Shown piece by piece: positions 31,501 to 42,025 of a stretch of 64,000 bases of DNA; positions within the stretch are counted from its first letter, which is position 1, and every line of letters begins with the position of its first letter. This stretch comes from Bacteroidetes bacterium RIFCSPLOWO2_12_FULL_35_15 (lineage in GTDB: Bacteria > Bacteroidota > Bacteroidia > 2-12-FULL-35-15). The stretch spans positions 12,241 through 76,240 of the forward strand of contig MEPB01000037.1 of the NCBI GenBank assembly GCA_001769385.1, in the 5' to 3' direction. The notes under the pieces were generated by a model, which did no database searches, had not been told where the DNA came from, and saw only the letters and a program-made list of their open reading frames with translations. The position numbers and the translations under genes are program-made.

Positions 31501-32363
31501 TAGTTAGCGGGAATACAAATTATTATGTTATTGTTACTGATACAGTTAGTGGTTGTTTAGATACTGCATTTATTAATATTTATGCCGGCACTAACTCTAT
31601 TAATGTGAATGCGGGGAATGATGTAACTATTTGCCCGGGTGCATCTACAACATTACAGGCAACAGGCGCATCTCAATTTATATGGAGCCCGCCTACAGCA
31701 TTATCAAGCACAACGATTGCAAATCCTAGCGCAAATCCAACAACTACAATTACTTATACCGTTACAGGGACCAGCCAATGTGTTTCGGGGCAGGGAATGG
31801 ATAGTGTAAAAGTTATTGTTCCTATTGTTTCTCCTTTAACAATATCTGCAGGGGATAATCAGGAGGTTTGTGTTTCAACAGTATATGGATTGAATGTTGC
31901 TTCCTCAGGAGGTTATGGAAATAACACCTATGCCTGGACCTTATTATCAGGTGCAGCTATTGATCCAATAAATAATGCGAACACAGCAAATGCTTCGGTG
32001 ACTCCGACATTAGAAGGAACAAATACATATCAGATTACAACAATAGATGCATGTGGTAATTCAGTTACAGATACAGTTCTCGTTAATGTTCTACCGGATT
32101 GCGATCTGGAAATTCCAAATATTTTTACACCGAATGGCGATGGGGAAAATGATTATTTTATTGTGAATGCGAAGCATCTCAACTCTTATTCAATTGTTAT
32201 TTATAATCGCTGGGGGAAAAAGGTATTTGAGTCAAACGATGTTAATCAAAGTTGGGACGGAAAAAATAATGAGGACGGAACTTATTTTTACATCATTAAA
32301 GCGGAAGGAATTGATAAAATGCTTTATGATAAAAAAGGCTATCTTCAACGATTAGGAAAATAA
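28566..32363 (+). CDS. large surface protein with T9SS type B C-terminal sorting domain
   Basis: GTG start, signal peptide, ASHIAGGDLSY N-terminus, Thr-rich Ig-like repeats, IPNIFTPNGDGEND..IYNRWG..WDG..DGTYFYII. Confidence 0.88.
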   Translation: MKKNKICIFFLLGLLLTQNLRASHIAGGDLSYVCLGNNQYQINLNLFVDCLGFDPGANQTITFTSSCGGSATATVNVINPGGTEISQLCPAQINNSTCNGGTLPGMWGFHFTGTVTLAPACDTWTMSWTTCCRNAAILNLQTPDVFGSYIQATLNSVTAPCNSSPSFTSQPIPYVCVNQQVNYNYGVVETDGDSMYYSLINAMDANAVNLAYVAGYSASSPIPGITINPITGVLTFTPTMLGNFVVVVLVQEYDSNGNLIGTVMRDIQFIVQSCSNIVPDPTAGAISNLTGTAVQTSPFSIEMCEGSSFTFDATYTDANAGDVLTLVSNISTVLAGSTLTTTGANPLVATITWTAPGGSANTNTSFSVTVNDGACPVMGQQTFVYDINVQPRTLAGPDHIICGIQSVTLTGTGGSLFTWNVISGPAMIVGTNFSCNPCANPIASPNATTTYEVVSNLSGTCVNKDTVTVTVVPDFSFVTIQTTDTLCLQQLVQLNITGSPAGAYTYLWSPPTYLNNITIANPTANVTVPGTYSYYVDITSPLGCLKKDTATITILPDIRTRVGPDTVLCISQSAQLNATSGSSFSWNVLSGTPMVVGTNFSCNPCANPIATPTVTTVYQVTSNLNGTCINKDTITVTVVPNFSYVTSQSSTSSCLLQPIQFNAVGSPAGTYTYDWSPSTYLNNTTIADPVATISSPGTYTYYVNITSPLGCVKIDTASITITASYPPNPVSTVTDTVVCVGDTVLLGVTFGTSVPSVCGTNPIGCSAALVGTVGTGTTSNSTTSYPAPYGNWYTSAKHQFLFKASELIAAGITGGKIDQIDFNVSTITGITAYHEYTINMGCTNLTTLTNWVTGLSNVYTPKTYNVASGWNGHVFDLAYEWDGISNVVVEICFSEMPPTSNYTNNCSSPYTTTTFTSCLYSISDVTPQCPNLGLPTTTNNRPNVRFHYCGSAPDSTKYTYTWMPLSGVFNPHTQTTGAIVSGNTNYYVIVTDTVSGCLDTAFINIYAGTNSINVNAGNDVTICPGASTTLQATGASQFIWSPPTALSSTTIANPSANPTTTITYTVTGTSQCVSGQGMDSVKVIVPIVSPLTISAGDNQEVCVSTVYGLNVASSGGYGNNTYAWTLLSGAAIDPINNANTANASVTPTLEGTNTYQITTIDACGNSVTDTVLVNVLPDCDLEIPNIFTPNGDGENDYFIVNAKHLNSYSIVIYNRWGKKVFESNDVNQSWDGKNNEDGTYFYIIKAEGIDKMLYDKKGYLQRLGK

Positions 32364-32398
32364 AGGAAACGGTTATTCAAAAAATGGGCCCTAAGAAA

Positions 32399-34120
<1,722 letters not shown>

Positions 34121-34259
34121 TTATCTTTTGGTTGGGTTTTTGAAAATTCAATAATGCCATTAGAATTGAAAATTCCCCTTTGTTTCCAAAAAAATAGTTT
34201 AATTTTATTTCTGTCAAAAAATAAATCAACAGTTTCCGATTGTGTTTTTAAACTTTTTT

Positions 34260-37200
34260 ATGAATAAACTTTTTCACGCTTTCTTATTAGTTTTCTTTGC
34301 TTTAATAATTCAGCAAAAATTGGAGGCGCAGTACAATGGCTATCCAATAAGAAATTATACTTCAAAGGAAAACAAAGGTTTTACTCAAAACTGGGTTTGT
34401 GTACAGGATAAAAGGGGTGTGCTTTATTTTGGAAATAGCAGTGTTATTTTAGAATATGATGGAAAAGTATGGCGAAAAATACCCGTTACAAGCAGTGTGG
34501 CAATACGGTCGTTATACATTGATAGTTTAGGAACTATTTATGTTGGTTCAGTTGGCGATTTCGGCCTTTTAGTTCCTCAAAAAAATGGCGAACTTGTTTT
34601 TCAATCCTTAACAAAAGGACTAACAGAAAAAGAAAAAAACTTTTCAGATGTATGGAAAATCCACAATAATAAAGGGGCTGTAATTTTTCAATCAAGCGAG
34701 AATTTATTTTTTCTGAAGGATAACAAAATAACTACGATCAGTCCTGAATTTTCTTTTGCTTCCCTTTCTTTTATTGCAAATGATGATTTTTATATCCGGC
34801 AACGCATGGTTGGTCTGATGAAATTAGAAGGTAATAAACTTCATCTGATTCCTGAAGGTGAAAAGCTGAAAGATGATGGAATATTGGGAGTTATTCCATT
34901 TCCAAAACATTCAAAAAATAAATATCTGGTGCTTACCGGTGATAATGGATTTTTTTTAATTGATGATATTAAAAAAAATATAACACCTGTTTTGTCAACT
35001 TCAGCAAAACAGTTGAATGATATTGGAGTACTGGGAATGAACTGGTTTAATGATTCAACAATTTTTATAAACTCCCGTGGAGGTATTATTTCCCTGAATC
35101 AAAAACTGGAGCTGCAAAAAATTATAAATAAAAGCGATGGATTAAATGATGAATCAATTGCAAATATGTTTGTTGATAAACAAAAAGAATTATGGCTATG
35201 TACAAATAATGGTATTAGTAAAATATCTATCAATTCACCACTTTACTTTTACAATAATTCCTCCGGATTAAAAGGCAACATATTTAAAATTTCTATTTAT
35301 AATAATAAAATATTTGTAGGAACTACTGCAGGTATATTTCAGGCAGAATTAAACAACCAGAATAAAAGCAGCACCGCTGAAAAATTGATTTTTAAGAATA
35401 TTGAAGGAACCTATTTTGAGGTATGGGATTTTAATCAAAATAAAAATCAATTGTTAGCAGCAACAAGTGATGGAGTTTTTGAAATAGCCAATAATAAAGC
35501 AAATAGAATAACGAAAGCCTATTCAAATATTATTTTTAATTCGGTAAATAGCGAAAATAGAATGTATGTAGGAGAAAAAGATGGACTGAAAATTCTTGAA
35601 AAAAATAAAAGTTTAAAATGGGAAGTAAAACATTTTCTTGATTTCCCAACAGATGATATTGTAAGTATTGTTGAAATACCCAATGATTCAATCGATCCAA
35701 AGGAAGTTGTTTTGTGGATGACTACAAGAAATAAGGGTGCAATGAAAGTATCATTTGATGGAACATTTAATTATAAACTGACAAGATACGATACTACAAG
35801 AGGTTTACCCAATGAATTAATAAATCTGGAGATATATAATGGTAAAGTATATTTCTGTAATGCTGTTGGTTCATTTGTCTATGATAAAAACAAAATATCC
35901 GCATTTACTCCCGCTCTTAATTGGGGTACCGGAAATATATTTTTATATGATAAAAACAAAGATGAGGGAAAGAAAAAGTGTTTTACAGAAATTCCGATGA
36001 ATTCTATTTGGAATGAAAAGGAAACACTAATTTCTGATGATTCTATTTCAGGCGATGGAAAAAATTTATTAAATGCTTTGATGGTGATGGAAGAAAAGGG
36101 ATACACGTATTATCAGAATAATCCGGATATCTTATGGATTGGACTTTCTGATATCCTTATCAGGTATGATTCGCATGTTAAAAAAGATTATCAAACAGCA
36201 TTTAATACCTTGATCAGGAAAGTATCGATAGGAAAAGATTCAACTGTTTTTTTTGGCACCTATTCCAATCCAATTAGCGAAACAAAAAGAATTGTTTCAT
36301 TAGATCAGGGAAGCGACCAGTTTCTTCAACTGCCTTATAAATATAATAGTTTGACATTTGAATATGCTGCGCCATTTTTTGAACGTGAGGAACAGACTCA
36401 ATTCAGTTACAAACTAATCGGCTTTGATACAGCATGGTCTGCATGGTCAATAAGTTCGTCTAAACAATTTACTAATTTATTCGAAGGGGAATACATATTT
36501 ATTGTAAAAGCTAAAAGTGTTTATCAAAACGAAAGCCGGGTTGCTCACTATAAATTTACAATTCTCCCGCCTTGGTATAGAACTTTTTGGGCTTATATAT
36601 TTTATTTATTGATATTCGTTTTATTAATTGTTATTGCCGTAAAAATTAGTGTAAGGCGATTAACCCTTGCCAAAATTAAACTGGAAAAAATTGTGACAGA
36701 ACGCACGACAGAAGTAGTAAAACAAAAAGAAGAACTTCAGCAAAAAAGTGCAATCATTGAAATCGCTTATGATGATATTAAATCAAGTATTAATTATGCC
36801 AAACGTATTCAGGAATCTATTCTGCCATTAAAGAATGAAATAAAAAAATCATTCCCTGAGTCATTTGTTTTATTTAAACCCCGTGATATTGTGAGTGGCG
36901 ATTTTTATTGGTTTTCAAAACATGAGAATAGGAATATAATTGCTTGCGTTGATTGCACCGGACATGGCGTTCCGGGGGCTTTTATGAGCATGATCGGCAA
37001 CACCATACTGAACGAAATAATAAATGAAAAAGGAATAGAAACACCTTCAGAAATATTAAATTTATTGCATGAACGTGTTCGTCAATCTCTTAAACAGGAT
37101 CTGGAAAACGCTGAAACGAGGGATGGAATGGATATATCGCTTTGCGTTATTGATACTTTAAATAGCAAAATACAGTATGCCGGAGCAAACCGGCCCTTGT

Positions 37201-37529
37201 ACATTATCCGCAAAAACAAGCTGGAAGAAATAAAACCAAACAAAATGCCAATTGGGGGTTATCAGATGGAGGAGGACAGGCGCTTTCTTAATCATGAAAT
37301 TTCATTGAATAGTGGTGATACAATTTATTTAACTACTGATGGCTATGCCGATCAGTTTGGCGGAGAAAAAGGGAAGAAATTTATGGTGAAACGGTTTCAC
37401 CAACTGTTAATGGAGATTCAAGATCAAACCATGGAACATCAGGCTGAAACGCTTAGATCTACTATTGAAAAATGGCAAGGGTCGTTAGAACAAGTAGATG
37501 ATATACTTTTGATCGGTATAAAAGTTTAG
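34260..37529 (+). CDS. beta-propeller + Y_Y_Y sensor, TM, SpoIIE/PP2C phosphatase
   Basis: Signal peptide, QDKRGVLYFGN propeller repeats, FTNLFEGEYIF..ILPPWYRT, then PRDIVSGDFYW, DCTGHGVPGA, DGMD, TDGYADQFGG, QVDDIL. Confidence 0.9.
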   Translation: MNKLFHAFLLVFFALIIQQKLEAQYNGYPIRNYTSKENKGFTQNWVCVQDKRGVLYFGNSSVILEYDGKVWRKIPVTSSVAIRSLYIDSLGTIYVGSVGDFGLLVPQKNGELVFQSLTKGLTEKEKNFSDVWKIHNNKGAVIFQSSENLFFLKDNKITTISPEFSFASLSFIANDDFYIRQRMVGLMKLEGNKLHLIPEGEKLKDDGILGVIPFPKHSKNKYLVLTGDNGFFLIDDIKKNITPVLSTSAKQLNDIGVLGMNWFNDSTIFINSRGGIISLNQKLELQKIINKSDGLNDESIANMFVDKQKELWLCTNNGISKISINSPLYFYNNSSGLKGNIFKISIYNNKIFVGTTAGIFQAELNNQNKSSTAEKLIFKNIEGTYFEVWDFNQNKNQLLAATSDGVFEIANNKANRITKAYSNIIFNSVNSENRMYVGEKDGLKILEKNKSLKWEVKHFLDFPTDDIVSIVEIPNDSIDPKEVVLWMTTRNKGAMKVSFDGTFNYKLTRYDTTRGLPNELINLEIYNGKVYFCNAVGSFVYDKNKISAFTPALNWGTGNIFLYDKNKDEGKKKCFTEIPMNSIWNEKETLISDDSISGDGKNLLNALMVMEEKGYTYYQNNPDILWIGLSDILIRYDSHVKKDYQTAFNTLIRKVSIGKDSTVFFGTYSNPISETKRIVSLDQGSDQFLQLPYKYNSLTFEYAAPFFEREEQTQFSYKLIGFDTAWSAWSISSSKQFTNLFEGEYIFIVKAKSVYQNESRVAHYKFTILPPWYRTFWAYIFYLLIFVLLIVIAVKISVRRLTLAKIKLEKIVTERTTEVVKQKEELQQKSAIIEIAYDDIKSSINYAKRIQESILPLKNEIKKSFPESFVLFKPRDIVSGDFYWFSKHENRNIIACVDCTGHGVPGAFMSMIGNTILNEIINEKGIETPSEILNLLHERVRQSLKQDLENAETRDGMDISLCVIDTLNSKIQYAGANRPLYIIRKNKLEEIKPNKMPIGGYQMEEDRRFLNHEISLNSGDTIYLTTDGYADQFGGEKGKKFMVKRFHQLLMEIQDQTMEHQAETLRSTIEKWQGSLEQVDDILLIGIKV

Positions 37530-37530
37530 C

Positions 37531-37557
37531 AAAAAGCCCACAATCTGTGGGCTTTTT
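37531..37557. terminator. bidirectional intrinsic terminator
   Basis: aaaaagcccaca-atc-tgtgggcttttt between convergent genes. Confidence 0.85.
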
Positions 37558-37561
37558 CTTT

Positions 37562-37771
37562 TTATGCATTTTTAATCTCTGTAATGATCACTTTTCCGGT
37601 AGGGGTAGTTACTTTAACGTAAACAAATCCATCCCCGATTTTTCTATCAATGGTAGCACCCGGTTGGAAAAATTCCCATTTGTTGGCTGTACCTGCTTCG
37701 GTTAAACGTCCGGAATCACTGTCATAGATATCTGCAAGTGTTCCGCTTTTGTCTTCTCTAATTGCTGCCAT
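37562..37771 (-). CDS. small hypothetical protein (69 aa), possible OB/cold-shock-like fold
   Basis: Fills an intergenic gap alone; A-rich leader before ATG; stop 4 nt from the terminator. Confidence 0.7.
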   Translation of the reverse strand: MAAIREDKSGTLADIYDSDSGRLTEAGTANKWEFFQPGATIDRKIGDGFVYVKVTTPTGKVIITEIKNA

Positions 37772-37913
37772 AAATTTTTTTTATAGGTTAATATTAATTT
37801 TATTAAGCTAAGTAACTAAATATTAATTAGAACAACAAACTTTAAAACGATTTCCTCCGTAAGATTTTATAACCATATTTTGATATATTTGTCTTACTAA
37901 ATAATACTACTCC

Positions 37914-39893
37914 ATGGTACGTTTCGTTTTTATCTTTCTCTTAGCGATCTGTTTAACATTTCCGGGTTTTGGAAATAATAAATTAGATTCATTAATAAAC
38001 CAAATCGAAACATTTAAAGAAGATACCTCAAAGGTTAATGAGATATTGAAAGTATGTGCTCTTATCCGAGAAAATGACCCTGACAGAACGATTGAGATCG
38101 CTGAGAAAGGGATTAAACTTTCGCAAAACCTGGATTATAAATTAGGCTTAGCAAAGTGTATTCAAAATGTGGGTATTGCATATCATAACAAAGGCAATTA
38201 TGAAAAGGCGGTAGATAATTATCTGAAAGCATTAAAATATTTTGATGAACTAAAAGATGACAATGGTATAGGAACAACTTATAATTTGTTGGGGATCGTA
38301 TGTCGTTTACAAGGTAATTATAAACAGGCAATTGAATATTATAAAAAAGCGCTTCAATTGTCAAAGGAAAGCGGGGATAAAAAAAGTTATGCCGGTACAC
38401 TTTTAAATATTGGAAATGTGTTTTATTTTTCTAATGATTTTGAATCTGCAATTGATTATTATCAACAAGCAAATGCAATATTTCTTGAATTAGGAAAAAA
38501 AAATGAAGCTGCAACTTGTCTGCAAAATATTGGAAGTATTTATTTTTCGCTAAGTAAATTTGATCTTGCTCTTGAAAACTATACAAAAGTATTGGATGTA
38601 AGACTTGGAGATAATGATCAATCGCTTATTGCTGTGGCTTTAAATAATATCGGGGAGGTTTATAAAGAGAAAGGAGATTTTCATAAAGCAATTGAATTTA
38701 TAAATAAGAGCATAATTATTTCTAAAAAAACTGATGCTAAAGAAACACTCCGGATTAATTACGAAAACATGTTAGATCTTTATTCTAAACAAGGAAATTA
38801 TAAAGAAGCCATCAACTATTTTAAATTAGTTTCAGATTTAAAAGACACTATTTTTAATATCGAAAGCAATAAGCATTTGCAAGGACTTTCGGTAAAATAT
38901 GAATCTGAAAAAAAAGAATCTGAAAATAAAATTCTTCGTTCGGAAACAGAACGGCAAAAAATTATTAATTGGTCAATAAGTACAGGATTGTTTTTATTGG
39001 CAGTGCTAACATTTTTCATTTTCAGAGGATACAAAAACAAGAAACGTGCACACCTGATCATCAGCGATCAAAAAAAAGAAGTGGAACGGCAAAAATTAAT
39101 TGTTGAAAATCAAAAAGAATTAGTTGAAGAAAAAAACAAAGAAGTATTGGATAGTATTTATTATGCCCGTAGGATCCAACGGGCACTTTTAACAAGTGAA
39201 GGATATATTAAAAAACATTTGAATGCCGATTTTTTTATTCTCTTTAAACCAAAAGATATTGTTAGCGGTGATTTTTATTGGGCCGTGGAGCACAATAATT
39301 TATTTTTTATAATGACCGCAGATTGTACAGGGCATGGTGTTCCGGGAGCATTCATGAGTATGTTGGGGATTAATTTTTTAAATGAGATTATTATTGAACG
39401 GAAAATAAAAAATCCTGCTCTTATATTGGATATTTTACGCGAAGAGATCATTCGTAACTTGAATCCGGAAGGTGCCGAAGAAGCAAAAGATGGAATGGAT
39501 GCCGTAATATGTGTGTACGATATGCAAAACAAAAGGATGGATTTTGCTGCGGCCAACAATCCTTTGTGGTTAAATAGAAATGGAGTGATAACTGAATACA
39601 AAGCTGATAAAATGCCTGTGGGAAAATATTATGAAAATGCCTTGGGTTTTACCAAACAAAGTATTGAATTAGAAGCCGGCGATACCATTTACACCTTTAC
39701 AGATGGTTATGCTGATCAGTTTGGTGGCGACAAAGGAAAAAAATTTAAATATAAACCATTGAAAGAAATGTTCCTGGAAAACAGCAACAGATCAATGAAA
39801 GAGCAAAAAGATATATTTGACAAAACATTCGAAAGCTGGCGTGATAAATTAGAACAAGTGGATGATATTTTAGTGATTGGAATAAAAGTTTAA
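37914..39893 (+). CDS. TPR sensor, TM, SpoIIE/PP2C phosphatase
   Basis: TPR repeats (NIG..Y...G.Y.KA..YY.KAL), TM, PKDIVSGDFYW, DCTGHGVPGA, QVDDIL; -7 box TATATTTG at 37884..37891. Confidence 0.9.
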   Translation: MVRFVFIFLLAICLTFPGFGNNKLDSLINQIETFKEDTSKVNEILKVCALIRENDPDRTIEIAEKGIKLSQNLDYKLGLAKCIQNVGIAYHNKGNYEKAVDNYLKALKYFDELKDDNGIGTTYNLLGIVCRLQGNYKQAIEYYKKALQLSKESGDKKSYAGTLLNIGNVFYFSNDFESAIDYYQQANAIFLELGKKNEAATCLQNIGSIYFSLSKFDLALENYTKVLDVRLGDNDQSLIAVALNNIGEVYKEKGDFHKAIEFINKSIIISKKTDAKETLRINYENMLDLYSKQGNYKEAINYFKLVSDLKDTIFNIESNKHLQGLSVKYESEKKESENKILRSETERQKIINWSISTGLFLLAVLTFFIFRGYKNKKRAHLIISDQKKEVERQKLIVENQKELVEEKNKEVLDSIYYARRIQRALLTSEGYIKKHLNADFFILFKPKDIVSGDFYWAVEHNNLFFIMTADCTGHGVPGAFMSMLGINFLNEIIIERKIKNPALILDILREEIIRNLNPEGAEEAKDGMDAVICVYDMQNKRMDFAAANNPLWLNRNGVITEYKADKMPVGKYYENALGFTKQSIELEAGDTIYTFTDGYADQFGGDKGKKFKYKPLKEMFLENSNRSMKEQKDIFDKTFESWRDKLEQVDDILVIGIKV

Positions 39894-39894
39894 T

Positions 39895-42015
39895 ATGAAA
39901 ATGAAAAAGACAATCAATTATTTTTTTTCTTACCGCTTGATCATACTTTGTTTTGCAATAGGGGGCAGCGGTAAACTGTTGCAAGCTCAAAACTCAAATA
40001 AAATTGCAGATAGCTTAATTGTTTTGCTGAAATCAGCAACAGATACAACACGTATAAATATATTGAATGAAATCGCTTATGAATATATTTCTGATGCTCC
40101 TGAAACAGCAACAAAATATGCAAATGAAGCTTTGCAGCTGGCGCAGAATGTTGATTTTTTAATGGGAGAAATAAATGCAAATAATAATTTGGGATTGGCT
40201 CAGTATTACAGCAATAATTATGATGCTGCACTTGACTATTACAATAAGGTGCTTTTGTTAGCTAGGAAAAATGGGGATAAATTAAAAGAAGCGAGCGCCA
40301 TAAATAATATTGGATTGGTATATGATGATAAAGCAGACTATACTAAAGCACTGGAAAATTATTTAAAGGCATTACAAATAGTAGAAAAAATAAATGGCAA
40401 ACGACTTATTGCCAGCACCACTAATAATATAGCATTGATTTATCAAAATCAGGGAAAATATGAACAAGCACTCGCTTTTCATCACAAAGCATTAAAAATA
40501 AAGGAAGAAATTAAAAATACAAAAGGGGTAGGAAACTCCTTGCATAATATTGCCCTGGTCTATAAACTAAAAGGTGATTACGAAAAAAGTTTAGAATATA
40601 ATTTTAAAGCTTTAGCCATTCGGGAATCAGTGAATGATATGAACGGGAAAGCTCTTACATTAAATAATATTGGTAGCGTATATGAATCGATGGAAGAATT
40701 TGATAAAGCGCGTACCTATTTTGAGGAGTCCCTTGAAATACGAAAACAATTAAAGGACCAATATGGTTTAGCGGTTACTATATTTAGCCTGGGCTCCAAC
40801 TATTTTAGCCGGAAACAATATGAAAAAGGTTTTGAATACATGCAGGAAGCGATCGAAATATCAAAAAAAATCGGGGCAAATGAGTTACTTAAAAAAGAAT
40901 ACCAAACAATGGCAGAAGTGTTTGCTGACCGGCAAAATTTTTCAAAAGCATACGAATATCAAAAACTATATATTAACGTAAAAGATTCTATTTTAAATGC
41001 TGAAACAGAAAAACAAATTAATGAACTACAAACAAAATACGAAACAGAGAAAAAGCAAAAGGAAATTGAACTGATCACTAAAAATAATGAGATCCAGGCG
41101 CTCGAACTTAATAAAAATAAATTATGGATATGGATGCTCGTTGTAGCTGTTTTATTAGTGTTTACGCTTGCAGGATTGTTTTACAACAGGTCTAAATTAA
41201 AACAAAAGGCAAATGTATTGCTAGAGCATCAAAACACGGAAATAACGCAGCAGAAAAAAGAAATTACCGATAGTATCAATTATGCAAAACGCATACAGGA
41301 ATCTATTCTTCCACCATCTGAACATTGGAAAAAATTACTGCCGGATAGTTTTATTTTTTATCGTCCCAAAGATATTGTCAGCGGTGATTTTTATTGGATA
41401 GAACAAAAAAACCAAACTGTTTGTTTTGCCGCTGTGGATTGCACCGGACATGGTGTTCCGGGAGCCCTCATGTCGGTAGTTGGATTTAATTTACTGACAC
41501 AAGCCGTGAACGAAATGAATTTAACAAAACCTTCAGAAATACTAAAACATTTAGATGCAGGGGTTACAAAAACATTACGACAATCAAATGACGGAAAAGG
41601 TGTGAAGGATGGAATGGATCTTTCCTTGTGTTCATTAAATAAGGAAACAAATGAATTGCAATATGCCGGAGCATTTAATTCATTGTACTACATTAATAAT
41701 GGAGTATTTATTGAAATAAAAGCGGATAAATTTCCAATAGGTGTTAATCTTGATGGTATTGTGGATAATTATACCAATCATACTATTCAACTTCAAAAAG
41801 GAGATGCTGTTTATTTATACAGTGATGGTTATGCCGACCAGTTTGGAGGAGCAAAAGGAAAAAAATTCAAATACAACCAATTGAAAAACTTGCTTGTTTC
41901 AATTTCAGAAAAGCCAATTGAAGAACAGCAAAAATTAATTGCAGATGCTTTTGATAATTGGAAAGGGGAGCTGGAACAAATAGATGATGTGTTGATAATC
42001 GGGGTGAGGGTGTAA
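39895..42015 (+). CDS. TPR sensor, TM, SpoIIE/PP2C phosphatase
   Basis: Same architecture and PP2C motifs as the upstream gene; 1-nt gap. Confidence 0.9.
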   Translation: MKMKKTINYFFSYRLIILCFAIGGSGKLLQAQNSNKIADSLIVLLKSATDTTRINILNEIAYEYISDAPETATKYANEALQLAQNVDFLMGEINANNNLGLAQYYSNNYDAALDYYNKVLLLARKNGDKLKEASAINNIGLVYDDKADYTKALENYLKALQIVEKINGKRLIASTTNNIALIYQNQGKYEQALAFHHKALKIKEEIKNTKGVGNSLHNIALVYKLKGDYEKSLEYNFKALAIRESVNDMNGKALTLNNIGSVYESMEEFDKARTYFEESLEIRKQLKDQYGLAVTIFSLGSNYFSRKQYEKGFEYMQEAIEISKKIGANELLKKEYQTMAEVFADRQNFSKAYEYQKLYINVKDSILNAETEKQINELQTKYETEKKQKEIELITKNNEIQALELNKNKLWIWMLVVAVLLVFTLAGLFYNRSKLKQKANVLLEHQNTEITQQKKEITDSINYAKRIQESILPPSEHWKKLLPDSFIFYRPKDIVSGDFYWIEQKNQTVCFAAVDCTGHGVPGALMSVVGFNLLTQAVNEMNLTKPSEILKHLDAGVTKTLRQSNDGKGVKDGMDLSLCSLNKETNELQYAGAFNSLYYINNGVFIEIKADKFPIGVNLDGIVDNYTNHTIQLQKGDAVYLYSDGYADQFGGAKGKKFKYNQLKNLLVSISEKPIEEQQKLIADAFDNWKGELEQIDDVLIIGVRV

Positions 42016-42025
42016 TTTCTTTCAC

